Notes under the pieces: model-generated | Told to the model about the DNA's origin: nothing | Database searches by the model: none | What the model saw: only the letters and a program-made list of their open reading frames with translations | Shown here: one piece after another, positions 9,370-18,662 of the stretch | Layout: the number at the start of each line of letters is the position of its first letter | How positions within the stretch are numbered: position 1 is the first letter of the stretch | NCBI GenBank assembly: GCA_035258565.1 | Contig: DATFXF010000279.1 | Span: forward strand, 1-46,756 | Direction: 5' to 3' | Source of the DNA: Candidatus Acidiferrales bacterium | GTDB lineage: Bacteria > Acidobacteriota > Terriglobia > Acidiferrales > UBA7541 | DNA length: 46,756 bases | Position numbers and translations under genes: made by a program

Positions 9370-9963
9370 ATGCGTGGGCTCCTGTTGATCGCGGTTCTCT
9401 CAGTCCTGGTACTGTTTGCAGCGTGCCACGAGCCGGCGCAGCCGAAGCCTGCGGAGGCACGGGCCAAGGCCGCCGCGCCAGCGGTGCCTGGGGAGGTTGC
9501 GCGGGTTGCCGAAACCTTGCTCGGCTCCCAGGCGGAGGTGCTTGCATTCGGAGACTTGGCACACACCGGTAGGGAACAGGTGCTGGTCGTGAATCGTTTG
9601 GCCAAGACGCCTCCCGGCATGGCCCCGGGCCTCCTGATTACGCGCGCGGTCGTTGCGGAAAAAGCAGACGGAAAGTGGACAGAAGTTTTCCGCTGCGACG
9701 AGCATTTGAAGAATCCAAACGGCTTTCTCGGTGGGACCCCGGTCGCCCCGGTGACGGGCTGGCGATTGCAGTATGAGCAGAACGGCGAAAAAGGGCTGTT
9801 TATGTATTTCACCCCTCTTGAGATGCTTGGCAGTAGCCATATCCCCACCGTCGGCGTGCGGTGGAATGGGAAAGGAAAGCGTTACCAGTCTCTCGACCGG
9901 AATTACGAACAGTTTCTCGGCGAAGTGCCGGCACTGGAAAAGATCAACTCGCATCTGAGATGA
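9370..9963 (+). CDS. Hypothetical lipoprotein
   Basis: ATG at 9370 gives MRGLLLIAVLSVLVLFAAC, a lipobox-like LFAAC. Confidence 0.55.
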   Translation: MRGLLLIAVLSVLVLFAACHEPAQPKPAEARAKAAAPAVPGEVARVAETLLGSQAEVLAFGDLAHTGREQVLVVNRLAKTPPGMAPGLLITRAVVAEKADGKWTEVFRCDEHLKNPNGFLGGTPVAPVTGWRLQYEQNGEKGLFMYFTPLEMLGSSHIPTVGVRWNGKGKRYQSLDRNYEQFLGEVPALEKINSHLR

Positions 9964-11873
9964 GCAGCGTCGCACAACCTCTGGCAGACCGGCCGCCGAC
10001 CAAGTCCCACGGCACCGGGTGGAGGAACCTCGGCGGCCTCCTGCCCTACCTCAGCAGGTACAAGGGCGGGATCGCTCTTGGCTTGCTGGTGCTGGCTGCG
10101 ATGGGGGTGGCCGGCAACGTCCTGCCACTGATCATCGGCTCGATCATCGATTCGCTTTCGGGCCAGCCGCAGCCAATGGCGCACCTGACCGGGGTGTCGC
10201 GATACTTGCTGCGGCCTCTGCTGTCCTTCTACCGCCCAGCGGACCGTCATGCCTTGGTCATCTTCTCCGCTGCGCTGGTCGTTGTCGTGGCCATCAAGGG
10301 TCTGCTCTCCTTCTGGACGCGGTGGATCCTGATCGGCGTCTCGCGCGATATCGAATATGATCTGCGCAACGACCTTCTCGCCAAGCTGCTCCAGCTCGAG
10401 CCCGCATTCTACGTGCGCAACCGCACGGGCGAGCTGATGTCGCGCGCCACGAACGACTTGAACGCCGTGCGCATGGTGTTGGGCCCGGGAATCATGTACA
10501 GCGCCACAACACTGGTCACGATGGCGCTGGCCATCGCGCTGATGCTGAAGCTCTCACCGATCCTCACGTTCTGGGTACTGCTCCCGGTTCCGGTGGTGGC
10601 CGTCACCGTCTGGTACTTCGGGAAGGTGATCCACGACCTCTACGAGAAAATCCAAGCCTCGCTGGCCACGCTTTCAGCGCGAGCGCAGGAGAACCTTTCC
10701 GGCGTACGCGTCGTGCGTGCCTATCGCCAGGAAGAAGCAGAGATACAAGCCTTCGACGCGCCCAACCGCGAATACGTTGCGCGCAACATCAAGCTGATCC
10801 GCAACTGGAGCTTGTTCATGCCTTCGCTCCAGGCCTTCCTCGGATTGTCGTTCCTGCTGGTGCTGGGGGTAGGGGGGCGCGAGGTGATCCAAGGGCGGAT
10901 CTCGCTCGGCACGCTGATTGCTTTCTACGGTTACCTGAGCCAGCTCATCTGGCCCATCGTCGCGCTCGGCTGGGTGACCAACATTTTCCAGCGCGGCGCC
11001 GCCTCAATGGGGCGGATGAACTACATCCTGAAGGCCCAGCCCGCCATCAACGATGCCGAGGCACGCGGCGGCGATGGCGCCGAGCTTCGCGGCGCAATCG
11101 AATTCCGCAACCTGACATTTGCCTATCCGACGGCCACGGATGGCCGTGCGGGGGGGACTACTTCTTCCGGCGGGCGCCCTGTCTTGCAGGAGATCAACCT
11201 GAGCGTGCCGGCCGGTTCGACCCTGGCGATTGTCGGCCCCACCGGCAGCGGCAAAACGACTCTCGCATCACTCGTGGCACGGCTGTGGGAGGCCCCACCG
11301 GGCACCGTCTGGCTGGACGGCCGGCCGGTCCGCGAATGGCCGCTGGCCGAACTGCGTCGCGCCATCGGATTCGTGCCGCAGGATACCTTCCTATTCAGCG
11401 ACACGGTGCGCGAGAACGTCGCCTTCGGCGTCGAAGGCGCGCCGGACTCGACCGTCGTCGAGGCCGCACAAATTTCGAGCGTCTACAGCGACATCCAGGA
11501 TTTTCCGGCGCGGCTCGAGACGCTGGTGGGCGAGCGCGGGATCACCCTTTCCGGCGGGCAAAAACAGCGCGCGGCGCTGGCCCGCGCGGTGATTCGCCAA
11601 CCCAAGATCCTCATCCTTGACGACGCACTCTCGAGCGTAGATACCGATACCGAGGAGAAGATCCTGCGGCGGCTCAAAGAGGTGATGCGGCAGCGGACCA
11701 CACTTCTGATCTCGCACCGCTGCTCAACGGTGCGTCACGCCGACCAGATCGTTGTGCTGCGCGAGGGTCGGATTGTGGAGCGTGGCACGCACGAGGAGTT
11801 GCTGGCGCTGGGCGGTTATTACTACGACCTCTATCAGAAGCAACTGCTCGAGGAAGAACTGGAACGCGTATGA
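9960..11873 (+). CDS. ABC exporter permease/ATPase fusion; the half carrying the degenerate catalytic residue
   Basis: Six-TM exporter domain, Walker A GPTGSGKT, signature LSGGQKQR, Walker B ILILDDA (Asp replaces the catalytic Glu), H-loop ISHR. ATGA overlap with the preceding lipoprotein gene at 9960-9963. Confidence 0.88.
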   Translation: MSSVAQPLADRPPTKSHGTGWRNLGGLLPYLSRYKGGIALGLLVLAAMGVAGNVLPLIIGSIIDSLSGQPQPMAHLTGVSRYLLRPLLSFYRPADRHALVIFSAALVVVVAIKGLLSFWTRWILIGVSRDIEYDLRNDLLAKLLQLEPAFYVRNRTGELMSRATNDLNAVRMVLGPGIMYSATTLVTMALAIALMLKLSPILTFWVLLPVPVVAVTVWYFGKVIHDLYEKIQASLATLSARAQENLSGVRVVRAYRQEEAEIQAFDAPNREYVARNIKLIRNWSLFMPSLQAFLGLSFLLVLGVGGREVIQGRISLGTLIAFYGYLSQLIWPIVALGWVTNIFQRGAASMGRMNYILKAQPAINDAEARGGDGAELRGAIEFRNLTFAYPTATDGRAGGTTSSGGRPVLQEINLSVPAGSTLAIVGPTGSGKTTLASLVARLWEAPPGTVWLDGRPVREWPLAELRRAIGFVPQDTFLFSDTVRENVAFGVEGAPDSTVVEAAQISSVYSDIQDFPARLETLVGERGITLSGGQKQRAALARAVIRQPKILILDDALSSVDTDTEEKILRRLKEVMRQRTTLLISHRCSTVRHADQIVVLREGRIVERGTHEELLALGGYYYDLYQKQLLEEELERV

Positions 11874-13747
11874 GCGACTTCCGCGAAGAAGAAGCACTCG
11901 GCAAGGCGTATGACTCGCGACTTACGCGGCGCCTGCTGCGCTACCTGAGGCCCTATAGATGGCGCGTGGTCTCCGCGCTGCTGCTGACCCTCGCGGTCAC
12001 GCCCCTCGAGCTGGTCAGTCCATACCTCTTCAAAGTGGGCGTGGACTCCTACATCGTGCCCGTGGTCGAGCACCGGCTTGCGCCCGACATCGGAATGCGC
12101 GGAATTCTTTGGGTGGCTCTGGCCTTCATCGTGACCCTGTTCTTGAGCTTTACCGTGCAATATGTGCAGATCCGCGTCATGCAGCGCGTAGGCCAGCAGA
12201 CGATGTACGACCTCCGGGGCGAGATCTTCCGCCACTTGCAGCGGCTGCCCATGAGTTTCTACGACCGCAGCCCGGTGGGGCGGTTGGTGACGCGCTTGAC
12301 CACCGACGTCGACGCGCTCAACGAGCTCTTCGCCGCGGGCATCGTGACCATGCTGAACGACTTCGTGCTGCTCGTGGGTATCGCCGTCTTTCTCGTGTGG
12401 CTGAATTGGCAGCTTGCACTGATGGCCTTCTCGGTGCTTCCGCTCATCCTGCTCGTGACCGTGCTCTTCCGCAGCAAGGTGCGCGACGCGAATCGCCGCA
12501 TCCGCACCGCCATCGCGCGGATCAATGCGTTCCTCCAGGAGCACATCAGCGGCATGGCGGTCGTGCAACTGTTCAACCGCGAGCGCCGGGCGCGGCAACA
12601 GTTCGAGAAACTGAACCGCACGCACATGCTGGCCTATAAGGACGCCATCCTGGCCTTCGCGCTGTTCTATCCGGTCGTCGAGTTTCTTTCGGTGACGGCC
12701 GTGGCGCTGCTGCTCTGGTTCGGCGGCCTGCGCGTTCTGGCCGGCACCCTGACGGTGGGCGTTGTCTTCGCCTTTATGCAGTATGCGCAGCGCTTTTTCC
12801 GGCCGATCCAGGACCTGAGCGAGAAATTCAACATCTTGCAAACCGCCATGGCCAGCTCGGAGCGGATTTTCAAGCTGCTCGACGAATCGGTGCCCGCCGG
12901 CGTGCCCGCGGAAGTCATCGAACTCGGCCAGCCGCGTGGCGAAATCGAATTCCGCAACGTCTGGTTCGCCTACCGCGGGGGCGCAAACCCCTCCAACGAA
13001 GATTGGGTGCTGCGCGATGTTTCCTTCCGCGTCGCGCCAGGCCAGACGGTCGCCATTGTGGGCCACACCGGCGCCGGCAAGACGACGATCATTCAGTTGC
13101 TGCTGCGCTTCTACGAAATCCAGCGCGGTGAGATTCTGCTGGACGGCATCGATACCCGGAGGCTCAGCGCGCGCGAGCTGCGCCGCCATTTTGGCATCGT
13201 GTTGCAGGATCCCTTCCTGTTCAGCGGGACGCTCGAGTCCAATGTTCGGCTGGGCACCGAAGACATCCAGCGTGACGCGGTTGAACATGCACTCGCCGAA
13301 GTGGGCCTGGGCCCGTTCGTGCGGTCGCTCCCCGCTGGAGTCGCTACCCCGGTGACCGAACGCGGCGCAACATTTTCGGTGGGCCAGCGGCAACTCATCA
13401 GCTTCGCGCGGGCCCTAGCTCACAATCCCCGCTTTCTGATCCTGGACGAGGCCACCTCGAGCGTGGACACGAAAACCGAACTGCTGATCCGCGCGGCGCT
13501 CGACCGGCTGCTCGAAGCCCGCACGGCGCTTGTGATCGCACACCGCCTGAGCACCATTCAACACGCCGACCGCATCCTTGTGTTCCACAAGGGACGCCTG
13601 CGCGAGCAGGGCTCGCACCAAGAGCTTCTGGCACTGCGCGGCATCTACTACCGGCTTTACCAGCTCCAGTACAAGGAGCAGGAGCTGCGCCTGCCCGTCG
13701 AGACGGCCGAAGAGGCGGCTGGCGCAGCGTTGCCCTCCAATGACTAG
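11870..13747 (+). CDS. ABC exporter permease/ATPase fusion; the consensus-site half
   Basis: Walker A GHTGAGKT, degenerate signature FSVGQRQ, Walker B FLILDEA, H-loop IAHR. ATGA overlap with the upstream ABC gene. Confidence 0.88.
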   Translation: MSDFREEEALGKAYDSRLTRRLLRYLRPYRWRVVSALLLTLAVTPLELVSPYLFKVGVDSYIVPVVEHRLAPDIGMRGILWVALAFIVTLFLSFTVQYVQIRVMQRVGQQTMYDLRGEIFRHLQRLPMSFYDRSPVGRLVTRLTTDVDALNELFAAGIVTMLNDFVLLVGIAVFLVWLNWQLALMAFSVLPLILLVTVLFRSKVRDANRRIRTAIARINAFLQEHISGMAVVQLFNRERRARQQFEKLNRTHMLAYKDAILAFALFYPVVEFLSVTAVALLLWFGGLRVLAGTLTVGVVFAFMQYAQRFFRPIQDLSEKFNILQTAMASSERIFKLLDESVPAGVPAEVIELGQPRGEIEFRNVWFAYRGGANPSNEDWVLRDVSFRVAPGQTVAIVGHTGAGKTTIIQLLLRFYEIQRGEILLDGIDTRRLSARELRRHFGIVLQDPFLFSGTLESNVRLGTEDIQRDAVEHALAEVGLGPFVRSLPAGVATPVTERGATFSVGQRQLISFARALAHNPRFLILDEATSSVDTKTELLIRAALDRLLEARTALVIAHRLSTIQHADRILVFHKGRLREQGSHQELLALRGIYYRLYQLQYKEQELRLPVETAEEAAGAALPSND

Positions 13748-13806
13748 CCCGCTCCCGCCAGATCCCCCTTTCCTCGAGATGGGCGGACACCACCCTAGCT
13801 CGCGCG

Positions 13807-14931
13807 ATGACCAAAGCTCAAGTCCTCATCTCGGCTGGTGAGGCGTCCGGCGAGATGTACGCCGCCCGGCTGGCCACCGCGCTCAGCCAGCTCGCGGACG
13901 TCCAGCTCTTCGGGCTCGGCGGCGTCGAGATGCGTGAAGCGGGCGTGGAGTTGCTCGCTGATAGCGCCGAAGTGGCCGTCGTGGGCATTAGTGAGGCGGT
14001 ACGGCGGCTGCCTTCCGCACTGCGCATCTATCGCCAACTCACCGAGGAAGCCGCTCGGCGCCGCCCACGGCTGGCCATCCTAGTCGACTTCCCAGATTTC
14101 AACCTGTGGCTGGCGCGGCGACTACACGAGCACGGGGTGCGCATTATTTACTTCATTAGCCCCCAGGTGTGGGCCTGGCGACCGAAACGCGTCCACCTGA
14201 TTCGCCGCCTGGTCGACCACGTGCTCTGCATTTTCCCTTTCGAGGAGGAGTTCTATCGCCAGGCGGGCGTGCCGGTGGATTACGTCGGGCACCCGCTGGT
14301 GGACCAGGTGCGAGCGAAGAGGTCGCGCGAAGAGTTTGCGGCCCGCTACGCCCTCGATGTGAGTCAGCCCATCGTTGCACTGCTACCCGGAAGCCGCCCC
14401 GGCGAGCTGGCCCACAACTTGCCGCCGATGCTCGAGGCCTGCCGCCTGCTTCCGCCCTGCCAGTTCGCGCTGGCGGTGGCGCCGGGGATGACCCGCGGGC
14501 AACTCACAAACTACGCGCGGTCCGATCTTCTGGTTCATCTCGTTGAAGGAGCCACCTATGACGCCCTGGCGGCCAGCGACGTAGCCATCGTCTCGAGCGG
14601 GACGGCCACGGTTGAAGCTGCGCTGCTCGGCGTGCCGATGGTCGTGGTCTACCGCGTTTCACGCGCTACCGCAATGGTCCTGCGGCGCATGGTGCGCACG
14701 CCATATTTCAGCATGGTGAACTTAATTGCCGGCAGGCGCTTGGTGCCGGAGCTCATTCAGCAGGACTTCACGCCATCGCGCCTGGCGGAGGAGGTTCGTC
14801 GTCTGCTCGGCTCACCGGAGACGCGAGAGCAGATGAAACGCGAACTTGGCGAGGTGCGTTCCAGACTTGGACCCGGCGGGGCGATCGAGCGTGCCGCCCG
14901 ACTCATTGCGGAGAGACTCGGGGCAAACTAG
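13807..14931 (+). CDS. lpxB: Lipid-A-disaccharide synthase
   Basis: The N-terminus VLISAGEASGEMYAARL...FGLGG..M, the length (374 aa) and the ...VSSGTATVEAALLGVPMVVVYR region are typical of LpxB. Confidence 0.88.
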   Translation: MTKAQVLISAGEASGEMYAARLATALSQLADVQLFGLGGVEMREAGVELLADSAEVAVVGISEAVRRLPSALRIYRQLTEEAARRRPRLAILVDFPDFNLWLARRLHEHGVRIIYFISPQVWAWRPKRVHLIRRLVDHVLCIFPFEEEFYRQAGVPVDYVGHPLVDQVRAKRSREEFAARYALDVSQPIVALLPGSRPGELAHNLPPMLEACRLLPPCQFALAVAPGMTRGQLTNYARSDLLVHLVEGATYDALAASDVAIVSSGTATVEAALLGVPMVVVYRVSRATAMVLRRMVRTPYFSMVNLIAGRRLVPELIQQDFTPSRLAEEVRRLLGSPETREQMKRELGEVRSRLGPGGAIERAARLIAERLGAN

Positions 14932-15013
14932 ACCAAATTGGCAACTCCCCCCGCGCCCTCTGGTATCCTAGAGATGCGCGGAATTCGAGGCACGGGATGA
15001 CACAACCTACCTC

Positions 15014-17089
15014 ATGACCAGGCTCGGAAAGCTAGCTCTCATGGCCCTGCTGGTTCTTCTGCCCGACCGGGCGCCGGCCCAGACGCCGCAGAAATTCGCC
15101 TTCCGCGCTGTACACTACGACGTGACGGCGGCGCTCAACCCGGCCGAGCAGATGCTCACCGCACGGGCACGCGTGGAATTTCAGGCCGTCGAGGCCTCGC
15201 GGCAGCTCGATGTGGAGCTGCATCCAAACCTGAAGATCAGCGCCGTGGTGAGCGGTGACGGAAAGGCCGAGAACTACGAACGCGATCCGAATCATCCGCT
15301 GGTGGTGCGCATTACCTTGCCGCAGCCGGCCGCGGTAGGGCAGAAGGTCACGCTCCTTTTTGAGTACGCCGGACCGCTCGCCAACGAGGAAAACAGCCCG
15401 GTAAAGGGCGTGCGGCTGGCCTCGATCAACCAGGACGGCGCGTACCTGCTCTTGCCGGCGCGATGGTTCCCGCTGACCGATTACCCGTCGAACCGTTACA
15501 CGGCGGTGTTCAATCTCGAGGTGCCGCAGAACTTCGCCGTGGTGGGCACCGGCAAAGCCTCGGCACCGAACCTGATGCCGGAGAAGCCCTCTGCGCCCGC
15601 AGGCAAAGCGGCCCGCGAGGCAAAAACTGGCCCGCACATTCTTTACACCTTTCGCGCTGAGCGCCCCGCACCGGTGGGAACCTTCGTGGCCGGTAACATC
15701 CAGCTTGCGCCGGTTAGTTCGGAGGGGCTGAACATCTCCGTGTATGTGCGCGCGGCCGACATGAAATCAGCGGCGGCGTACGGGGACTCGCTCGCGCACA
15801 TCGTAAACTTTTTCTCGGAGCAATTCGGCCATCTGCCCGAACCACACCTCGCTTTGGCGCAACTCCCCGAGGGAACCGTGCCAGGCTATTCCGCTCCCGG
15901 CCTGCTGCTTGTCAGCGTGCGGCGCTGGGACCCCCAGGTGAACTATCGCATCCTGGCGCAGCTCGCGGCGGGCCAGTGGTGGGGCAATGAGGTGCTGCCC
16001 GCCTCGGCTTCCGACGTCTGGCTGACAGACGGGCTGGCGCGCTACAGTGAAGCCCTCGACGTCGAGCAAACGGCCGGCAAGGAAGGCTTCAATCGCGAGC
16101 TCGAGGATTTCTCCGTCGGCGCGCTGACCTTCGAGGACGCGGCACCCATCGCGCAGGCGGCGCGGCTTGAGCCCTTGACCAGCGAGTACCGCTCCGTGGT
16201 GATCAATAAGGGCGCCATGGTCTTCCACATGCTGCGCGCCCAATTGGGCGACGACGCCTTTCACGCGCTCCTGCGCGAGTTCTACTCCAAGTATGCAGGC
16301 AAGAGCGCACGCCTCGACGACTTCGAAAAGATGGCTCAGCAGAAGGCCCGCCCCGCTGCCGGCAGCCCGGCTCGCTCGCCCGAGCTGAGCCCGTTCTTCG
16401 CGCAGTGGCTGAACTCGACCGGAGTGCCCGAGTTCAAGATCCAGTACGTCGTGTACCGGATCCGGAAAGGCTTCAAGATCGTCGGAAAGATTCAACAGGA
16501 CCTCGAAACCTTTCGCATGACCATCGAAGTGAGAGTGGAGACGGAAGGCAATCCCGAATTGAAAACCATTGAAGTGATCGGCTCGAGTTCTGATTTCACC
16601 ATCGAGACCTTCGGCCGGCCAAAGCCCGGCGGAATCGTCCTTGACCCCAACAACAACCTGCTGAAATCGAGTGCCAAGCTGCGCGTGCGCGCCTCAATCG
16701 CCCGCGGCGAAGAGCTGGCGGAGCAGGGCCGCTACTATGACGCGGTCCAGCAGTACCAGCGCGCGCTCGACCTGCAAAAGAACAATGCCCTCGCCAATTT
16801 CCGCATGGGTGAGGCGTTCTTCTATCAGAAGAATTACCAGGCCGCCGCGAATGCGTTCCGCGAAGCGGCAGAAGGCGACCTCGAACCGAGCTACCGGTGG
16901 GTGGAGGTGTGGTCGCACATCTACCTGGCCAAGATATTCGACATCACCGGCCAGCGCGAGCGCGCCATCAACGAATACAGCAAAGCGAAGCAGACGAACG
17001 ACGACACCGGCGGCGCCCAAGCAGAAGCGGACAAGTATCTGGCCCATCCCTACAAGGAAGAAAGCGGAGCCCGCCCCAGCAATCCGTAG
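15014..17089 (+). CDS. Secreted M1 aminopeptidase-fold protein with C-terminal TPR repeats; catalytic motifs lost (probable pseudo-peptidase)
   Basis: Signal peptide MTRLGKLALMALLVLLPDRAPAQ. M1 scaffold ...WWGNEV...WLTDGLARYSE. The HExxH position reads AQLAAGQWWGN and the GAMEN position reads GYSAPG. TPR-like C-terminus YYDAVQQYQRALDLQKNNALANFRMGEAFFYQKNY. Confidence 0.75.
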   Translation: MTRLGKLALMALLVLLPDRAPAQTPQKFAFRAVHYDVTAALNPAEQMLTARARVEFQAVEASRQLDVELHPNLKISAVVSGDGKAENYERDPNHPLVVRITLPQPAAVGQKVTLLFEYAGPLANEENSPVKGVRLASINQDGAYLLLPARWFPLTDYPSNRYTAVFNLEVPQNFAVVGTGKASAPNLMPEKPSAPAGKAAREAKTGPHILYTFRAERPAPVGTFVAGNIQLAPVSSEGLNISVYVRAADMKSAAAYGDSLAHIVNFFSEQFGHLPEPHLALAQLPEGTVPGYSAPGLLLVSVRRWDPQVNYRILAQLAAGQWWGNEVLPASASDVWLTDGLARYSEALDVEQTAGKEGFNRELEDFSVGALTFEDAAPIAQAARLEPLTSEYRSVVINKGAMVFHMLRAQLGDDAFHALLREFYSKYAGKSARLDDFEKMAQQKARPAAGSPARSPELSPFFAQWLNSTGVPEFKIQYVVYRIRKGFKIVGKIQQDLETFRMTIEVRVETEGNPELKTIEVIGSSSDFTIETFGRPKPGGIVLDPNNNLLKSSAKLRVRASIARGEELAEQGRYYDAVQQYQRALDLQKNNALANFRMGEAFFYQKNYQAAANAFREAAEGDLEPSYRWVEVWSHIYLAKIFDITGQRERAINEYSKAKQTNDDTGGAQAEADKYLAHPYKEESGARPSNP

Positions 17090-17126
17090 CGCCGCAAGTG
17101 GATCAAGACAGGGAACAGCAAGGCGG

Positions 17127-18263
17127 CTAAAGCGGCTCAAGACCGGTGAGCTGCGGCGAAACGACTCCCTTGTGCTGGATCATCACTCGGAAGACCTCTC
17201 CCATCCCCTCGGGGAAGATCAGATTCTTCCATAGAAGGCGGGCCTGGATGCGTTCGACTTCGTTCTGCCCTTCGTCGTAGAGTTCGGTGAGCCCGCTCCG
17301 GCGGCCCAGCGCCAGCAGGAACCGCGCCTGCGAGACGAACCCCGTCCGCTCGAGTCCCCCGTGCCGGCCCCAGAGTTCCAGCGCAGTGAAATTGACGTGC
17401 GCGGTTAAGTCCTGCTCGCCCGGCGCGCGGAAATAATCCTCGCTCGCGCGGTGCTGCTGATAGGCCAGCAGCGTGCCGCGCAGATGATGGGCGTTGTAGA
17501 GTTCGCGCGCTTCGTGGCCGTAGTCCACCGTGAGGACAAAGCCCCGGCCAAGCCTGCGGCTGACGTCCTCGATCCAGCGGCAGGCCTCCAAGCCCACCTC
17601 TGCCTGCTGCCCCTCGAGCAACTCGATATCCTGCACCTCAAAATACTCGGCCAGGGCGGGCGTCGACAGCGGGCGGACTTGCTCAACAAATTCATCATTC
17701 CGGAGCGTCACGAAGATCTCGCACGAGACGCCTTGCTTGTGCACCACCCGGTGAACCGGCAGCGCATCGAGGAGCTCGTTGGAAAGAACGCAGCCCGCAG
17801 GAATCTCTGGCGGTAATTCGGCAGCAGAAGAGGCGCAGCCGGCTTCGACATAGCGGGCCAGCGTGGCTGTCTGGGCGGCTTGGCGCTCCCGAGACTGCTC
17901 GACCACAACATAACTCAGCGCCGCGTAGAATTCGCGCAGCTCGCGCGCGGCAAAGTCGAGGATGTGCTTGGCAAGCCGTCCGATGCCGGCACCAGGCTCG
18001 ACCACCCAAAACGGCTCAGGCCGGCCCAGCGCCTGCCACATCTCAGCCAGCTGCCGTGCGAGCAGGCGACCAAAAATGGGGTGCACGTCTACACTGGTGT
18101 AGTAATCGGCAAAGCGTTGGGCCTCCCGAGCCCGGTAATAGCCGTGCTCAGAATGATAGAGGCACTCGCGCATATAGTCGGCAAACGAAATCGCGCCTTG
18201 CTCGCGGATGCGCGCCTTCAGCAGGCGAGCGAGCGGTGTTTCCGTGGTCGACGGGGGGGCCAT
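17127..18263 (-). CDS. MidA/NDUFAF7-family (DUF185) SAM-dependent methyltransferase
   Basis: ISFADYMRECLYHSEHGYY, ...VVEPGAGIGRLAKHIL (SAM motif I), ...LSNELLDALPVH. The start is placed at the internal ATG (MAPPSTTETPLARLL). Confidence 0.75.
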   Translation of the reverse strand: MAPPSTTETPLARLLKARIREQGAISFADYMRECLYHSEHGYYRAREAQRFADYYTSVDVHPIFGRLLARQLAEMWQALGRPEPFWVVEPGAGIGRLAKHILDFAARELREFYAALSYVVVEQSRERQAAQTATLARYVEAGCASSAAELPPEIPAGCVLSNELLDALPVHRVVHKQGVSCEIFVTLRNDEFVEQVRPLSTPALAEYFEVQDIELLEGQQAEVGLEACRWIEDVSRRLGRGFVLTVDYGHEARELYNAHHLRGTLLAYQQHRASEDYFRAPGEQDLTAHVNFTALELWGRHGGLERTGFVSQARFLLALGRRSGLTELYDEGQNEVERIQARLLWKNLIFPEGMGEVFRVMIQHKGVVSPQLTGLEPL

Positions 18264-18268
18264 GGCTT

Positions 18269-18538
18269 TCAAGCCTTGCGCTGGGGGTTCGAAGTGAACA
18301 TCTCGATTACATAGTCGTGCAGGCAATCGTAGAGCTGCTTCTGGAAGGTCCAGGGAAACTGGGGATGGTCAATCTCTCGGGGCTGCAACAGAAACAGATA
18401 GGTGTGGACCGGAACACCGCTGGGCTTGAAGCGGATCTCAACTTCGACGCCCTCGCGCGCAGGCCGCGCGTCAAAGGCAAATAGCGGATGCTCGTAGCGG
18501 GTGAGCTCCTGGCGGACCTTTTCGACGAGACTGCTCAC
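18269..18538 (-). CDS. Small hypothetical protein (about 89 aa; start uncertain, GTG 18538)
   Basis: High-GC3 ORF ending 5 nt before the methyltransferase start. The track's N-terminal 54 codons are Arg/Gly-rich and overlap the macro-domain gene. Confidence 0.4.
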   Translation of the reverse strand: MSSLVEKVRQELTRYEHPLFAFDARPAREGVEVEIRFKPSGVPVHTYLFLLQPREIDHPQFPWTFQKQLYDCLHDYVIEMFTSNPQRKA

Positions 18539-18662
18539 CGCGCATCGCCCGTCAGGTAAAGCTCCCGAACCCACTCCTCGAGGCGGACCCGAGATCGTCC
18601 GGGACTGCCAAAGCAGCGCGGCAACACTCGATTGCCCGTCGAGACGAACAGGATGCGCGTCG

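Noticed and set aside
11834-13393. 519-aa minus-strand ORF
   Set aside because: It is entirely antisense to the second ABC exporter gene, which has all the canonical motifs. It is a high-GC artefact.
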